A stretch of 64,000 bases of DNA from the human T2T-CHM13v2.0 reference genome, Homo sapiens, in assembly GCF_009914755.1 (NCBI RefSeq), contig NC_060939.1. One strand, given 5' to 3'. The translations under genes were made by a program, and so were the position numbers. This document shows positions 11,967 through 28,797 of the stretch, in pieces (position 1 is the first letter of the stretch; the number at the start of each line of letters is the position of its first letter). The notes beneath the pieces are model-generated. The model was not told where the DNA came from, made no database searches, and worked only from the letters and a program-made list of their open reading frames with translations.

Positions 11967-13240
11967 AGCTATTAACTTTTAAAACAAACTTGTTGAGAGA
12001 AACAGTGCCCTATGCTTTAGATTCCATGGTGGTCAAAAAAAAAAAATTAGAAAGCTGAAAATCAAGTTAGTGAACTTACTCATGCTGCCCCTTTGAAAGT
12101 CCATGTTCCTTGGGCTACACTTGACATTGCACTGTTTTTACTCTTCAGAGGACTAAGTGGTATGTTTTTTTGAAATTTCACGGTAGGTAAATGGAACAGA
12201 CTATCCCAGATTGTTTCAAGAGTATGAACAGTGATGAACAAACCTTGTTGTATTGGAGTACTGTGGTATGAAGGTGCTGACTGTTCTAACCCGCCCTTAT
12301 TACACATAATATTCATGACTAATGCCTGGGTGGCTACTTGTAAAGCAGGCATTATTCAGACAAATGTTGCTTTTACCCCTGTGAGAAGAAAAGAGAACAC
12401 ACCCTGCATGGGTACGTGTGTCTTTGTTTCCAGAAGCCCCTTAGAAAGGGAAGGAAAAAACTCACATCCTTGAATTCAAATACCTCTGTTTCTTAGTACT
12501 CCATTTTAATATTGTAGTGATTAGAGTCATTGAATCCAGGCTGGTACTTGGCTCTAGACCCTTTGCTTTCTGATGAGGGATATCTCTATTCTAATGGTAT
12601 CTTGTCTACTATAAAGAAGAAAACAAAACATGACTTAAAGAAAAGAAAAGGTCTCCTCTCTCAGTCCCTTTCCTCTTCTCCTTTTTTCTCTAGTTTTAAG
12701 AGTTGAGAGAGTGAATATTCCTCTGGTTGGTCAGCATACCTCAATTTACAGATAAAAGAATAGACCCTTGGAGAGTCACATGACTAGCTTGAGGCCAAAG
12801 GCAGCTGGAAGAGTTTGAGGTTTGATTTCTAATCTGGGACTTACACAACAGGGCGATTCCTCCTTGACTCAAGAAACCTGGGCTCTGATTGGTAAAGTTG
12901 CTATAAGAAGCCTGAGAACCATGTAATTTATCTCTAGCTGCGAGATATCAATGCCTTATGCTTTGTGTTTGCTTCCACCGTGTAGAGTTGGGGAAAGCAT
13001 ATGTCAGTGGGATTTTCAGTTCTTGAGGATTTGCAGGCCTAAATTCAGGAAGTTTTTGTGTTCACAGCATTCTTATAATGATGTGAAATCTGACTACTTA
13101 ACTCTTCTCCGTGGTGCTCTGACAAACTTGCCTTATTTGCTGTGAGTTGAAAGGATAAAACAGACACACACTTTAATTTTTCCCATTTAACTCTTCACAT
13201 ACTATATTCATATAGGTTTTCACTGGATGGGGAAAGAGAG

Positions 13241-13822
13241 CAGAGGTCGGCAAACATTTTGTAAAGGACAGATTTTGTAAATGCTTTGTGGGACATATGG
13301 TCTCTTAAAACTAGTAAGCTTTGCTGTGAGTATGAAAGTGTCTGTAGCTAGTATGTAAACAAAGGAGTGTCACTGTGCTTCAATACAACTTTATTATGGA
13401 CACTGAAATTTGAATTTCATGTGATGGTCATGTGTCGTGAAATATTATTGTTTTGAATTATGTTTCCAGCCATTAAAAAAATGTAAAATCTCAGCCGGGC
13501 ACAGCGGCTCATGCCTGTAATTCTGCCACTTTGGGAGGCTGAGGCAGGCGGATCACTTGAGGTCAGGAGTTCGTGACCAGCCTGGCTAACATGGGGAAAC
13601 CTTGTCTCCACTAAAAAAAAAAAAAAAAATACAAGAGTTAGCCAGAAATTGCTTGACCCGGGAGGTTGCAGTGAGCCGAGATCGCACCACTGCACTCCAG
13701 CCTGGGCGACAGAGTAACACTCTGTCTTGAAAAAAAAAAAAAAAAAGCCTACTCTTAATTTTTTTTCATGGGCTGTAAAAAAGAGTTAATATCCCACTGG
13801 CAATAGCATGTGAGCCCCTGCC
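13241..13822 (+). mobile_element. MER58B-like hAT-Charlie MITE, interrupted by an Alu
   Basis: cagaggtcggcaaac...caatacaactttattatggacactgaaatttgaatttcat...gagcccctg. Confidence 0.75.
13493..13746 (+). mobile_element. AluS with internal deletion in the right arm
   Basis: ttagccag joined directly to aattgcttgacccggg; poly(A) tail. Confidence 0.88.
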
Positions 13823-15084
13823 TAATAAATACTTGTGCACCAGTGGAAGAAAAGAAAAAAGAAGCAAGCAGATTTCTTAAATTGTTTTGTGGTGAAACCT
13901 CTGGTTTTTAAACTACAGGTTGGGAGTGGGATCAAGTTCTGTCTTTCCTGAATAGCTTTTTGACAGCCTCTCTAGGGCTCAGTTTCCTTGTCTCTAATCA
14001 TTCTCTAGCTTTAACCTTCTAGAGTCTGTTTTCATGCTGAAAAGGGTTAGAGTCTATGATTATATTTGAGGGAGGAGTGGCATTTGTGTAATATTTAACC
14101 TGATCTTTCTGCCACATACCCCGTCTATGTGTGTGCCTTGGGAATAGGCCAGTCATTGCTTCATTGAATCATTGAATCATCCTCTCCAAATGTAAAATAG
14201 AACAAATTCCTGTATCTTATGCTTTGCTACCGGCTTCAAAACCAGTAGTATGGTAAATTTATGGCAGTTTTCTAATAAATGTAAATAATCCATTTAAATT
14301 CTTATGGAAGTTTTGTAACATTCTCTAAACGTGTAATGGTCAGAGCATAAGAACCTCTGTCGAGTGGCACTACCAAGGATTTAAAGAAAAAAGCTACAGC
14401 TGAGTTCTTGTTTTCTTTAGTCCTTTAGTCTGCTATCTGTCATACAAACTGAGGAGTAATTTTTCATTCCTTAACCTGTTTGACACATGTATTGTAAATA
14501 AATCCTTACTTTAAAGGTCCAGTGCTGAAAATCATAGTTCATGAAGGAATTAGACAGTATCTGCATTCGTTTACTTATATTCTCAGAGAAAACACAGGTA
14601 TGTGTTAAATGCTGCAGATTTCTTGATAGTCTTTACTGATATTTCTTTATTGGGGTGAAAATGTTCACAATTTTTGAGGCAAAGTTATTACTTTACACAT
14701 ATTGTGGTTTATTCCCATTAATCATTTTATCATTTTATTTTAGCCAAAGTTTTAATGCCCATTGCAATTTAATATTCATCATTACCTCCACCTGTATGCT
14801 TTACTGGTTTGAAGGTATTCAGATTACCTTTCGTTGTCATCTTTTTTTCCTTAGTGAGTTAATATATATCAAGTACTTAGATCAGAGCCTGGCACAAAAT
14901 AAGTACAGCTTAGTATTATTATTAGTTTAGTAACTTCAGATTACAATATGCTATTCACTTATTTTAGTAACTAGTGGAATATGGTGGTTCAGACTCAGTT
15001 ACTGCTTCTTGAACATGTTATAAAAGCTTCAGGAATAGTTTCTTACATTAATTTGAAATTGAAAGACATGGAACTTGTTTTGCT

Positions 15085-15250
15085 TCTGAGACCGTTACAA
15101 TTTGAAAGAACCTTAAAGATTTTCTGAAGTCCAGCACCTTTGCTTTATAAGAGAAGAAATGGATTCAGGATAGTTAAATGACTTACCTTGTTTCACAGCT
15201 AGTTAACTGTCAGCTGGACTAGAACCCAATTTCTATGTGAATAATTTTTC
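15085..15250 (-). mobile_element. MIR fragment
   Basis: gttaaatgacttaccttgtttcacagctagttaa...ggactagaaccca. Confidence 0.55.
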
Positions 15251-17051
15251 CATTATACTATTTCCTGAAGAATCATCTGAGGGTACACTTGGGAAGTCCC
15301 ATCCACTTGGTTTAGGATGGGTTTTTGCGTTTTAAACAAGCATCCCTGAATGATACTTAATGCATGCTAAAATTCTAAAGCCATTGCATTATACTTTCAT
15401 GCTTTTGGTAATAGTTGGAGAAACTCCTTTAGCCATTTTAAGATGTAAGCTGATATACTTTAAGTCTCATGTTCTTACTATAATCTGTTTAGCTGCAACT
15501 AAATACCACTAAGATGATGTTTCTCCAAAATGCTTGCTTTTGGTGCAGAAATTAGGAAGATTTTTTAGACCTGCCTTTTATTTCCTAAAGAATGATATGA
15601 TATTGAGCCAGATGCTGGAGGCAAGCAGGAGATGACATTGAATACTTAAGTTCAGAAAAAGTTCAGAAAAGAGGGCCGTCTGACACCATTCGCCTTCATA
15701 GTATGTCCCAGTACTGCAAACCAATATCGTATGTTGTAGGGATCTTTTCTCTTCAAGATATGGCCAAGTTCATTAGGAAGGACCTTCTCTCCCTGGGGCA
15801 TCTGTTCATTGAAGTATCTCAATAATAGTTCCTTTTCTGAATGCTCTTTGCATAAGCTTATTAGCCGTATGGAACAGTTAATTCTACAAACCAGTATATA
15901 TTGTCAGGGCTCCTATGGTCCTAACAGTCAAACACTCAAGAACAACTATGTTCAAGGACAACTGTAAAATCCCATGTGTTGAGTATTAGGCTACTGGGAA
16001 AATCTACTCTTTATTTAACATACCTTCCTCAATCAAGAAAGCATTTAAAATCAGAACCATGATCTTTTTTTTTTTTTTTTTTTTTTGGCAATTATACAGC
16101 CAAACATCAAATTAACTGAATTTCCATTCTTAGTTATTTTTACAACAGTATTCATGTTTTTTTCTTCAGGACTGTAGTAAGGGCATTGTTGGTCTTAGAA
16201 TATTGCCTGTTAATATCTTCCTGAACTATGTCCTTTTATTATATTTAATGGAACACTCTGTTTTCTTTCTGTTGTCTAAAGGGGGCGAACTTGTATTTCC
16301 ATCCCTAGTCTAGGAATTTGGTTGAAAGCTTTTGTATTGTGTGGCTGTTCACAGACTTCATGCTCAGCTGCCGTGGGAAAATATGACAGCCTCTAGGCTA
16401 TTTGGTGACTAATCCAACAACTTATAATGCTGATATTCAAAATGGCTTGTACGTCCCACCCTGTTATTTAATAGTTGTCAGTTTTTAAAAAGGTCCTTTA
16501 AAAATGTTTCTGCCATCATATTCACATAGTTTTGTGGTGTGTGTGTCACCTAGGGAAAGGCAAATTGCCCACTTTCTGAGTTGCCAGAAAGTCTTATCTG
16601 CATACATTTTTGGCATGTAAGAGAGGCAGGCTCTCCTTAAATTATCCCATATAGGTCCAAAGCTAGAGCTAGCATCAACCACACAAAATTTAATTCTCAG
16701 TTTTTTTCATGTAGATTTTTTGGAGACTCTCTGTATCTCCTCTGAAATGGAGAGTTTCCAGGAAATTATCAGCGGCTCCTAATACAAATTTTTAATACAA
16801 TTGTGGAAAAGAAGTACCTCAGAGAACCCCAGACCATAAAGTCACAAGTGGCAAAACTATAAACTTAGTGTAAAACTACCCATAGATAATGTATGTAAAG
16901 GTATAATTTAATGATCTAGTTGTACATTTTTAAGTGACCTTAAGCAAGTTATTTAATTTCTCTGATCTGTGTTTTCTCCTTTGTGTAATGGTTAATCTCT
17001 AGTTTCTTCCAGCTCTTAATTTTTGACCAGTGTGTGATTATGAAATGATTA

Positions 17052-17546
<495 letters not shown>

Positions 17547-17869
17547 GGAATTTTTTTTTTTTTTTTTAAATCACACATTCTTTAACCCAATCCTTAACTA
17601 ATCACTTTTGTCTTAAATGTTTTCCAAGGTGTTTTGTTCTGGGATATTAAAATCAATTATATTAGAATCTGCTTTTTTCTTTCATAGAACTGCTGAATCA
17701 TAGGTCATATGTGCATTTTAGAGGGGATGTGTGTCTCATGCCACCCCCTCTTGAGTGAAAATAACTGTATCTGAGTCTTACCACTCTTTCTGTCTACTAC
17801 TTACACTCATTTCTCTTTTGTTCATTCGTATTATATTGACAGCCAATGATAATAGCTAAGTATAAGGGA

Positions 17870-18050
17870 AAGATTATGGAGCCCAGTGAATTAGGGTTTT
17901 AACCTAGTTTTGCCAACTACCAGCTGAATAATTTTGATTCATTTATTTAGAGGCTGTTTCCTCATTTGTAAATTTGGGATATTGATGCCTGTTACAAAGG
18001 TTGTTTGTATTAACTAGAGTTAGGAAATTCTAGCCTATAATAGGCATTTT
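17870..18050 (+). mobile_element. MIR fragment
   Basis: ctgtttcctcatttgtaaatttgggatatt core. Confidence 0.5.
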
Positions 18051-18244
18051 AAATGCAATAGATATAATTCTAATCTCATTTTAAAGTAACTCAGAATTAT
18101 TAGGCCCATCTTAAGACAGTATGAATGAGTGATTTTAGATAATGATTTTTAAATGGTCTTGGAAGAAGCTATCAGTTATATCAGGCCACAGTGGTACTCA
18201 TTTAACTTTCCATGTCACTTTATGTTTACTGCAAGGGTGTACTA

Positions 18245-18450
18245 ATTTATTCAGTACTCAGTTCAACAAATGTTCATTGAACTCTGTGCTAGGCCTCAGA
18301 TATGCTGAAATGAAAGTAGATGAGTCTCTGCATTCAAAGGCTCATATTCTAGTAGGAAAGGCAATTATTAAACCAGTAAATCAGACATATTCTCAAGTGT
18401 TAAAATACAGGTAAACATATAGGTGCTTGTGAAAAGATAACTTTCAGTGA
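18245..18450 (-). mobile_element. L2 3' fragment
   Basis: ttcaacaaatgttcattgaactctgtgctaggc...ctcatattctagt. Confidence 0.55.
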
Positions 18451-19107
18451 AATGGACGCTAAATTCTCCTTTCTAAGGAAGTTTTTAAAGAATATTATAT
18501 TATTTTTACACTGTGGGAATGAAGATATATGCATTATGTATCAGAAATATAGGCTTGGGCGTAGCCATTATTTCTACCAGTAAATTTGGAAGGGCTACCA
18601 ATAGGTGATCTCTTAGAAAAAACTATGTATTGCTTGTAGTTCTAAGTTCTGTGTTGCTTACTGATATAAATATGACTTAGAGCTGCTTGTTTTTGCCTGT
18701 AAAAGAGAAAGTTTCCATAGTAGAAAATTAAAAGAGAGATGTCATTTGATCTTTGAGAAAGGCCTAGGTCCACCTCAGGGATCTACCTGGGTACCTACAA
18801 TTTAGGCAGTTTTAGATATTCCATATTAGGTTTTGATTGTGGATTTTAACAAGAGTCTAGTGATATGTCGCTAGTTGACCACCAGAAGAGTAAATGTGTA
18901 CACTATTTACGGAGTTGTCCACTATATATGGAGTTGTCTACTTTATCCAGAAAAAGTTTCAGGGTCACCAATTTCAGATGTTTCTAGTCTCCTAGGCTGC
19001 TCAATTTTGTGATATTAGCCTGTGGCTTTAATTTCATTCATTTATTCATTTAGTAAACATTAAATGATTATTTTTCCCTGGACAAATTATTGCATCAAAT
19101 TTGGAGG

Positions 19108-19417
<310 letters not shown>

Positions 19418-20342
19418 AAATACCAGATAATTTTTGAAAGTTAGGTATCCTTTTTGCCCTCAGCATACCTAGAATCTAGTTAAATTTAAAAAAGCAAACA
19501 TATACAGATATAATCACAATACATGAATGCAGTATATGAGACATGTTATCAGATACCATTAATGTGCTATAGGAGATCAGAGAGAGGAATACTTCTTGAA
19601 AAGTGCCTGTCTGAAACGTAATGGTGTTTCCTTGGTGAGACCCATGTTGTACCACAGGTGGTATCAATAGTCTATTGGCAAGAACAGGGATAGCTTCAGG
19701 GAGCCATTGATATGCTTTCCAGCCTTGTAGTTATTTTTTTACTTTCACAATACGCTCAGCCCTTCGAAGATCATAGAATTGCCTAAGGATTGCCAGAGAC
19801 ACATCAGTTTGCAAGGTAACTGATCTGGCAGTAATCCAGGTTAAAAAAAGAAATTTCATTAGGACTGAAAAACATAAAATTTACCACAGAATATGAAAAA
19901 TGGAAGTATTCAGTAGTATATGAACCATGTGGAAATTGAAACAAGTAGTATTTCTGTTTAAATATTTCCATTCAGCCATTGAAAGTGTGTGTTCTCCCTT
20001 CCTGCCTCTTTCATTTCATACAGTGATGTAGACATTTTGCTTCCATTCTGAGGACACCCAAAACCCTATCACTGCTGTGGACCTGAGCAACTGGGACAGT
20101 GTCTTAAGTGTACATATGAAGTCTTCAAAGAAAGTTAGTTGATGGTGAAAATGCCTTTCATAAAGTTCAGGGCAGAGAATACTCTTATGAGCACATTTAA
20201 AATATCTAAGTTTAAACCTAACTCAGAAGTCAGAGTAAGCCAAAATGTTTATTGTATTGATCTTCTTTTTCTGTAGTTGGCATTTGCTCCTGACTGAGTC
20301 ATTAGTATTCATATATATATTTAAGAGTTTTGAAAGCATAGT

Positions 20343-20618
20343 TGCTGGGTGTAGTGACTCACAACTATAATCCTGGCACTTTGGGAGATCGAAGCAGGTG
20401 TATTGCTTGAGCCTAGGAGTTCGCAACCAGCCTGGGCAAAACCCTGTCTCTACCAAAACTACAAAAATTAGCCAGGCGTGGTGGCATGCTCCTTGGGAGG
20501 CTGAGGTGGGAGGATCATCTGAGCCTGGGGAGGTGGAGGCTGCGGTGACCCATGATTATGCCACTGCACCCTAGTCTGGGCAACAGAATGAGACCCTGTC
20601 TCAAAATAAAATAAAAAA
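20343..20618 (+). mobile_element. AluJ SINE with internal deletions
   Basis: Sense Alu with aaataaataaa tail. Confidence 0.85.
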
Positions 20619-23600
20619 CCTAGTCACTCTGGGGTTGGAATTTGGGGTTATGGAGGTATAAAAACGAGTCAGACTTTTCACATGTGATTTCAGTGTTTGT
20701 ACTGAAGATGGTTGCAAAAGATTTCTCTAACAGTTTGAACTAATTATAATAGGAATAATTGGGGTAAATTGTATAGCTTCACAGTTGGCCTTTATGGTTA
20801 AATACGTATTTGAAAGGATAAATTTGGCTTGGCGCTTTCATTTATGTGAGATACGTGTGTATGTGTATGTTTCTTTTACTGTGTAGAGTATGAAGTACCT
20901 TGGGAGTGGCACATCTGGGAAGTTTTTGCTGAACCCCTTCTCTGAGGCAGAAAAAAAACATGGTGGAGAGGCTAAGTAGTTAAAAATTATGAATTATTTT
21001 ATTGCTTGGAATCCCCTTGAAGAAAGATAGATTAGTAGAAAAACATACTTGAACTGGAGATGTCCTGTTCCCTTTTGATTTATGTAAAAACAGCATGTGA
21101 TCAAAAAATTTGTAATGGAACCATTTAGAGGTCTTTTCTATTTATACTCCAGATTCTATAACTATGGGAATCCAAAATCTTCCAAAAATAATTGTTCTCA
21201 TTATAGAATATTAGTTTAGGGAGGAATTTTAGTGAGCATGAGGCTTGTGCCCTTTAATTTGCAAGAAAGGAACTGGAGTCCCCAAAGAGCTAGCATGCTC
21301 AAAGGGCCTGCCATCATTTGTGATGCCCAGGAGCCTCTCCTTGCCCACCTCTGTCTTAGACATCACCTGTCACTGAAGTAAGCTCCTCAGTGTCACATGG
21401 TAAGCCAGAGGCACACTGGAAACCTCTCCAGTGTTTCTGCTGGAGATTCTTAAATAGGAAATTCTTAAATAGGACCATCTTTACTGGTCAGTGACTTTCC
21501 TCTACTTTATGAAATCCTTTAATCCTTACTCCCCATACATTAAGAAAAATTATGGGAAGGATACAGCTGAATGTGTACGCTTGATCCCTTTGTTGTGGTT
21601 GATGAGCTGTGTGCATCTGCTGCACTGGTGACTCTGCAGTACTTCCTTTTAGCAAATTGCCTTCTGATACAGATACTTGGAGGCTTGTGGCTGGGCCATG
21701 GGCAGATCACGGTATAGGGTGATCTGGGTAGACTGAGGATTCCCACTTCCTGTTGCCTTCTCCTTTCCTGAGCATGGCATCTTTATTTTTGGGTGTGCTT
21801 GTTGTGTGTTACCTTCCTTGAAATTTAGTGAAAATTGTTACCTACCAACCCAGTAAGCCTGCATGAATCACTGTGAAATCCAGGTTTGTGTAATTCCAGC
21901 GTTTTCTGACAGCAGATGAATGATGTGAAAAATGGAAGAGCCTTCTGCTTGTCATGTTCTTCCTTAGGGTAAGATCCTGGTCGCTCTGGGAAAAGCAGAA
22001 TTGTAAGATCCCCTTTCCAATATTCTTTATCTTTTGGTTTCTATGAAAATAATAACTCAAGGAAAATGTCGTATGTTCAGTTTTATTTTTGACATCATTA
22101 ATTTCTTTCTTTGTCATTCTTCCTCCTTGTTTTGCTACCAAAAATTTGTTGTGTTTATTTTTTCCCTTGAATCAAGGGGCCTGAAGACAATGGGTTGGTT
22201 TGGACTCCCCCTGCCATGCTGGGCTAGAGAAGAACCAAGGGGTACCACCTCAGCCACCCACAGGCCTCTTGCAATTGGGCCTAGGCCTGGTCCATTCTGG
22301 AGAGGATGCATGATGAGAAGCATCAGAGCCTGTGTAGTGTGCAGTCTCTACTTTGTGGGCAACAGGACATTTTCTCTAAGAGGCTCAGGAATTTTTTCTC
22401 TCATTCCACCCCGTGAAAGCCAGAAACTGTGGGAAGCCACAGACTGACTTGTCAGCGGGAGAGGCATGGAAAAAACATATGTCCATGCACGAATCCCTTA
22501 CTTTAAACATTTGTAGCAAAGATTCCAACGGTAAATTATGCTGTTGGAACATAGTCCCTTCTTCCAGGAGATGTTACTCTTGTGCATTTCCAAAGCAAAA
22601 TTGAGCCTTTAATCTGCAAATATGTACTATTTTGTATGCTGAACGTTGTAATAGAAACCAGGGATGCCATGGTGGGTAAAATAAGACAGATTTCATCCCT
22701 CAAGAAGCTCTATTGGGAGAAACAAAGAAATGAACCAGGAGTTGACACCTGGGTCGTGGGAACTCAGAGAAGGAATTTTCCATTGTTTAGGCCTATCTAC
22801 ACCACTGTCCCTTCTACTGTTCCCTTCTAGTAGCATTGTAACATCAGGCATTAAGTGGAATTCTGCTGAAATGTTTCACTCAAAGGATTTTCCCTGTTGA
22901 CAGCATTGCTTGCCTTAAAATAGGGGGTCAGACTTTTCATTCCAGTTCCAGAAAGTGATGCGTGTATCATGATTGTTTTGCTATGAAACAGTTCCTGTCC
23001 CTATTACCCTCGTAGTCAACACAATAGGCTATGTTCCTTCCCAGGAGTCATTAGGTTTCCCTAATGGGATGATGGAAAGGAGGGAAATAGAGCTCTGGCC
23101 CTCTTCCTTCATTAGTGCTGAAATCTGGTGCTGTATCTGCTTCACATCAAGCTCAGTGGATTGTTTTTCCCTTGTCTGAGCCTGCTCTTTCCTCCTTGAG
23201 TGAGGAAAAGGATTTAAATCCTGGCTTTCCTGACATGGAACTTTCCTGCAGTGGCTGTTGCAGCTGAACGCATTAAAAGGAGTACCTGCAAGCTGTGAGA
23301 AGAAATATTGTTTGAAGATTAGCATATAATATAATGTGGACAAGTGCTCTTAGGTTTGCTTTTAAATCGAAAGACTGTGTTCTGTAGGATTTGAAAAAGA
23401 ATAGAATTTGTCATTGGCACATCCCACCCGTCATAGCCCCACAGGTTTCTTTGTAGCCACTGGAGGGTCTTAAGTGATTCTGGCAGTAGTGAATTCAGGT
23501 GATTGACATTTGCTCCTGGGTGTCAGAGTTACCGTGTATCTCTACCTACTCACTGGTTTTGGTCTCATCTTGGGGAGCTACTGTGCTTCTAGCTGTCCCA

Positions 23601-23772
23601 GAAGGGGGGAGGTGGGAAGCTCATCAGTGCCTAACAATGCCAAGTTTTCTTTGTTTTATTCCTAATGGGAACTTATACTGCCATTTGTCTGTTTCTTGGC
23701 ATAACTCTTTGGGAAGGAAGAGGGGTTAAATAAAAACAAAATAATGCATACCTTTTATGAATATTATCTCTG

Positions 23773-23905
23773 GGCTGGGTGAGGTGGTTCATGCCTGTAA
23801 TCCTAGCACTTTGGGAGGCCAAGGTGGGAGGATTGCTTGAGCCTAGGCATTCAAGACCAGCCTAGGCAACAAAGTGAGACCCCATCTCTATTTTTAAAAA
23901 AATTA
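23773..23905 (+). mobile_element. FLAM_C monomer
   Basis: Single Alu arm; TSD aatattat(c/t)tctg. Confidence 0.85.
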
Positions 23906-25625
23906 AGAAATAATATTATTTCTGAATTAGTCTTGCTGTTTTTTAAAACTTGGAGTCACCCTATTGGTTAGATAATACCAACCATCTATTAGCAAACAAA
24001 CATCAAGCTGCCCTGAAATATGACTGATGTGGAGTGTTGCCTTGATCCTTCCTCTTTTATTAAGGCTGGTTTGTGGGAGCTTGGAGCAGGAAGAAGGGAG
24101 GTAGCAAAAAGGACAGAGAAGGTGAAGGAGACCTTTAATGTGGGGGTTGGGGAAGCAAAAGGATAACTAAACATAAGCCTCTTGACAGCATCTGTGACCG
24201 ACCATGCACCAAAGCCATGATATGGCAACAGCTGTGTAAAGGCCCAAGATGTTTAATTCTTTTAGCAGTTGTTCCTGTAACTTCTTGTGGTATATCACCC
24301 CAGCATAGAATGGGGAAGATGGGAATAGCTTAGATTTAAAAAAAAAAAAAAAAAAAGGCTAGCTTACTATTCTTCCTCTGAAAAGCGTTTTATCACATAA
24401 CCAACTAGTTTAGTCTAATGGTGGAAGATAATAGCACAAATCTAAATAAATTAAAAGTACGAATTGTTAAATATTTTTAAAAGCAGGCTTTTACTTTTAG
24501 ATATACACAATTACTTGGAGGAAATTTCAACAGCTGCTGCTAAGTAGAGGCACTGCTGGGCCATTTTTAATGTAGTAGACAGGACTTTAAATATTGACAT
24601 CCATTTTCACAACACAAATGTTCCTTTAGGAAATTCTTTTTAATAAACAAATAGTAATTAAAAGATTTAACAAATGCATGACATTAATTTTAAATTTAAC
24701 AAGATAGCCTTTTAAAGGAATATATTCCCCTACCCAGCCCCAAAAAGCATTTATGTCCTGATGACCACAATGAATAACTGAGCTGAAGAAACAACTTGTC
24801 TTTGTCAGGGAGATAAAATTCTTCTGCCACGTTTTTACCTTCCATTCCTTAGCATTGTGTCTGTGGCTCTTCCTAATATCACTTTCCCCAGGAGTGGGAA
24901 GACCCTCTTATAATTATTGGAACATTTCCACTGTAGAACCTGTGACAAGTTAATCTTTTTGGAATGGCAGTCAGATAGCTGGAGGTAAAGCCTTACGTGC
25001 CAGATCTTCTACTTTGACACCTTTGCTACACTATATTTCTAAAATATCCATGTACTTGGCTGACTTCTTAAATGCTGAGCAAAATTTATCCTTGATGGCT
25101 CAGAATTATTGTTATGAGGGTATCTATTACTATTATGTATTAAAATGTACATTAATGGGCACTAATCCGAGTAATAATTCAGGAACTTGCATTAAAAAGA
25201 GTTACTCATGTCAGTTTACCATTTGCCCTGGTCTTTCAAAAATGCAATGAGACTTATTCAGCCATATAGTCCCTTAGGAAGTACCTTTCAGTTAACTTCA
25301 TTAGCACATAGGTCATCAAAAGTCTTTTCCTAAATAATTTTATTTGCCCTTCAGAAAACCATCTCTGTTTATTGTTCTTGCTGTAATTACTCTTAATTCA
25401 CCAGCATCATTCATAATGTTATGAAATTGTTTAGACCTAATCTCACATATAACTAAAGGCATTAGCTTTCATATAGTCTGTTAAGTTAGAAAGCTCTCAC
25501 CCAAGATTCTATCCTTTTCCCCCAAAATAAGAAAAGCTTTTTTTCTCTGAGACAGTAAATTTAACTTATCACATTAAACTGCCAATTTAGGGAACTCATA
25601 CTCTCATCTTCTCTCACCTGAATTC

Positions 25626-25627
<2 letters not shown>

Positions 25628-25670
<43 letters not shown>
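25628..25670. repeat. (TG)21 microsatellite
   Basis: Perfect dinucleotide run. Confidence 0.97.
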
Positions 25671-25673
<3 letters not shown>

Positions 25674-26220
25674 TCTTCCAGCTATTCTTGTATTCCTTAT
25701 AACCCATCAGTTCTCAAACTCTTTGGTCTTAAGATCTCTTCACATTTTTAAAAATTAAGAGCCCCAAAGAGCTTTTGTTTATATAGGTTATATCTAGAAA
25801 TGTTTACTGTATTAGAAGTTAAAACTGAGAAATTTAAAAAATGTTTATTAATTCATTTACTACAATAAACTAATCATTATTAAAATTATATTTTTATAAA
25901 GATATTTTTTCTACAAAAAATTACTTTTCTACAAAAAAATTTAGAGGAGTGGTATTGTTTTAATTTCTGACTTAATATAAAATATTTGGATTCTTACATC
26001 TTTCATGCATTAAGCCTATTGCAATATATTGTTTTAGTTGAAGTATATAAAGAAAATTAAGCAAATACAGGTATATGCTTAGAAAAGGGAGAACTACCTT
26101 AATAGTTTTCTCAAATAATTGTGATATTCTTTGATACTAGATCAGAATTGACAAACAGTAGGTTCTTAAAAGCTACTTTCGGTATGCAATCTGAAATCGT
26201 ATCATTGAACTTTTTGTACT

Positions 26221-26808
<588 letters not shown>

Positions 26809-28392
26809 TATCATACTTTCAATGAATCTTTTACTCATGCATAATTTTGTAAAATCCTACATTGGTCATTTGGAAAATATTGATTCACTGAGTAATACAA
26901 CTCTTCCAAATGTTGAATGTTTCATTCTACAATATCAGAAACTCAAATTTGTTAATGTTACTACTAGTCTCATCAGAAATGTCTTTAAGTATTTGTTAAC
27001 TGGCAAACTCATAGTGACGACTACAGGCTTTCCAGAATTTTCATTTTCATTTGAAGTCTGAATTTTATCAACTATAAATACTGTCAGTTGTTTCCCTTGA
27101 GAAGCAGGTTCTAAGAAAATAACCCCAAGTTCTGAATAACCATTATTTGTCAGTCATTCTTTTAAGTAAAGTGTTGTTTCCTGAAAAAAGCAGTTTAGCT
27201 CACAACATAAAATAACTGTACAAGTGATTTTTCTCAAGACAGGCATCACATCACATACACAGAAGTATTATGTGTTTGCTTCCCATTTTGTCACACAGAA
27301 TTTTAAAAAGGTGTGTACTCAGAGTATGGCAGTGAAGACTATAATGACTCCTGATTCATTCTGGCACCAATGCCTTGGTTTGTGCTAAGGCACCATCAGT
27401 GCAGATGTCAACACAGTAAAAAGGCAAGTAACATCTTACCATTACTATGAAAATAGTTTTGATCACACAGACACCCTGAAAAGGTCTCCTCAAGGTTTTG
27501 CAGACCGCACTTTGAGAACCACTTTGTCTAGCCCATGTTGCAGATTCTTGCTCAAAGTAAATTAAATAGCTCCTTGGTTTTTAAACTTTGTGATGTGGCA
27601 TACATGGACTTTACAGTCTGTCTCTGAAGATTACTTGTACAGTCCCATCAGCTATACTTTTTCACCCCACAGTCCAGCTGCCAGCCTCGCCAGAATCCCC
27701 TTATTATTTGAAATTTATTGTTGTATTCACTCAATGTATTCTGTGCCTGAAATGCATCTCTGGAGTCAACATGGGTACCCTTTCCTTCTTTAAAGCCCTT
27801 CCCTGATGTGCAGTGTTACCTGTGGTGTCCTCTTCGCTCTCTCAGGCCTCCTGTTATACTCTTCTCCTTCCCCACACTGGAACAGACCCAGTGGAATTGC
27901 AGTGTATCTCATGTGCCTCACTAAGTACTGCACTGGGAGCTCTGCCGCCTCCTGCCAGTGACTCTGCTTCAGCCATGTTTTCATGCACAGTGACTTGTCA
28001 CATTTCTCACACATGGCAGACATTTATAATGTCTGATGTGTGTTGAGTGTCTCAAAAGAAAAAGGGACACAGGAAGAACTTCAGCAAGGTTGATATCTAG
28101 TTAGTTGACAGTTTTTTGTTAAGTATTGCTTCAGCGAGCTCTACATAAGGGGATACAGTATTTACTTCATTTATTATTTTCTCTCCTTCAGGGCACTGAC
28201 AACCTTAAATAGGTCACTTTAAAAAAAATAACTATTTCCTATTTACATAATAAATACATTTGAAGATTTAAGTTTTGTAAGTTGAGGTTGAAAAGCTGAT
28301 TTAATCACTGTGGCAGGAGTTGCAGCTAAAAATTAGGTGAAGAATAGGAAGGTCCTCATTGATAACCCATTAAAATGAGTATTTAGGACTGA

Positions 28393-28797
<405 letters not shown>

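Noticed and set aside
21425-21474. 7-bp hairpin and 14-bp direct repeat (attcttaaatagga x2)
   Set aside because: Too short to distinguish from ordinary slippage or chance
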